Made by a program: the position numbers and the translations under genes. The notes below the pieces were generated by a model. The model had not been told where the DNA came from. It ran no database searches and saw only the letters and a program-made list of their open reading frames with translations. A stretch of 64,000 nucleotides of DNA from Camelus dromedarius (Eukaryota): contig NC_087436.1 in assembly GCF_036321535.1 (NCBI RefSeq), forward strand, positions 22,818,001-22,882,000, in the 5' to 3' direction. This document shows, in pieces, positions 63,831 to 64,000 of the stretch (positions within the stretch are counted from its first letter, which is position 1; every line of letters starts with the position of its first letter).

Positions 63831-64000
63831 TAGACCACGAACCCATCCACAGTTCTCAGGTGCATTGCTCACATATGGGATGAAGTAACAACTTTGAATT
63901 CCCTACTCTTTATTTGCCTTATGTTGAAGGCAAGATTTAACTTGAGGAATTAAAAACTTCATTGAGAGGAATTCCTTACCTGGCTGTCTCTCCTGCTACA

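Larger units (their letters stand above)
51376..64000 (+). other. RNF150: RNF150 intron 1 (partial)
   Basis: Starts GTAAG; the expected downstream PA/TM/RING coding sequence is not in the ORF track. Confidence 0.85.

Noticed and set aside
1..64000. CRISPR arrays, operons or other prokaryotic systems; neighbouring genes
   Set aside because: The sequence is mammalian with no repeat-spacer arrays, and I recognised no other host exons.

Overview
Mammalian genomic DNA, probably camelid (inferred from three vic-1-type tRNA-derived SINEs). The only recognisable host gene is RNF150, a PA-TM-RING E3 ligase. Its CpG-island promoter/5'UTR and first coding exon (50874-51375, + strand) are present, followed by about 12.6 kb of intron 1; exon 2 is not in the window. 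The 50 kb upstream is mostly interspersed repeats (L1, L2, MIR, MaLR/ERVL LTRs, MER DNA transposons), including a 3-kb 5'-truncated, frameshifted L1 ORF2. I see no convincing novel biological system. The most interesting items are: an orphan CpG island about 31 kb upstream of RNF150 built partly on an ancient ERVL LTR; L1 5' breakpoints clustering at the 3'UTR G-tract; a probable young/old L1 chimera; a pure (GGC)8 polyglycine tract in RNF150; and uORF, G4 and alt-ORF features around the RNF150 start. Repeat family names and boundaries are by eye and recollection of consensus sequences, so they are approximate.
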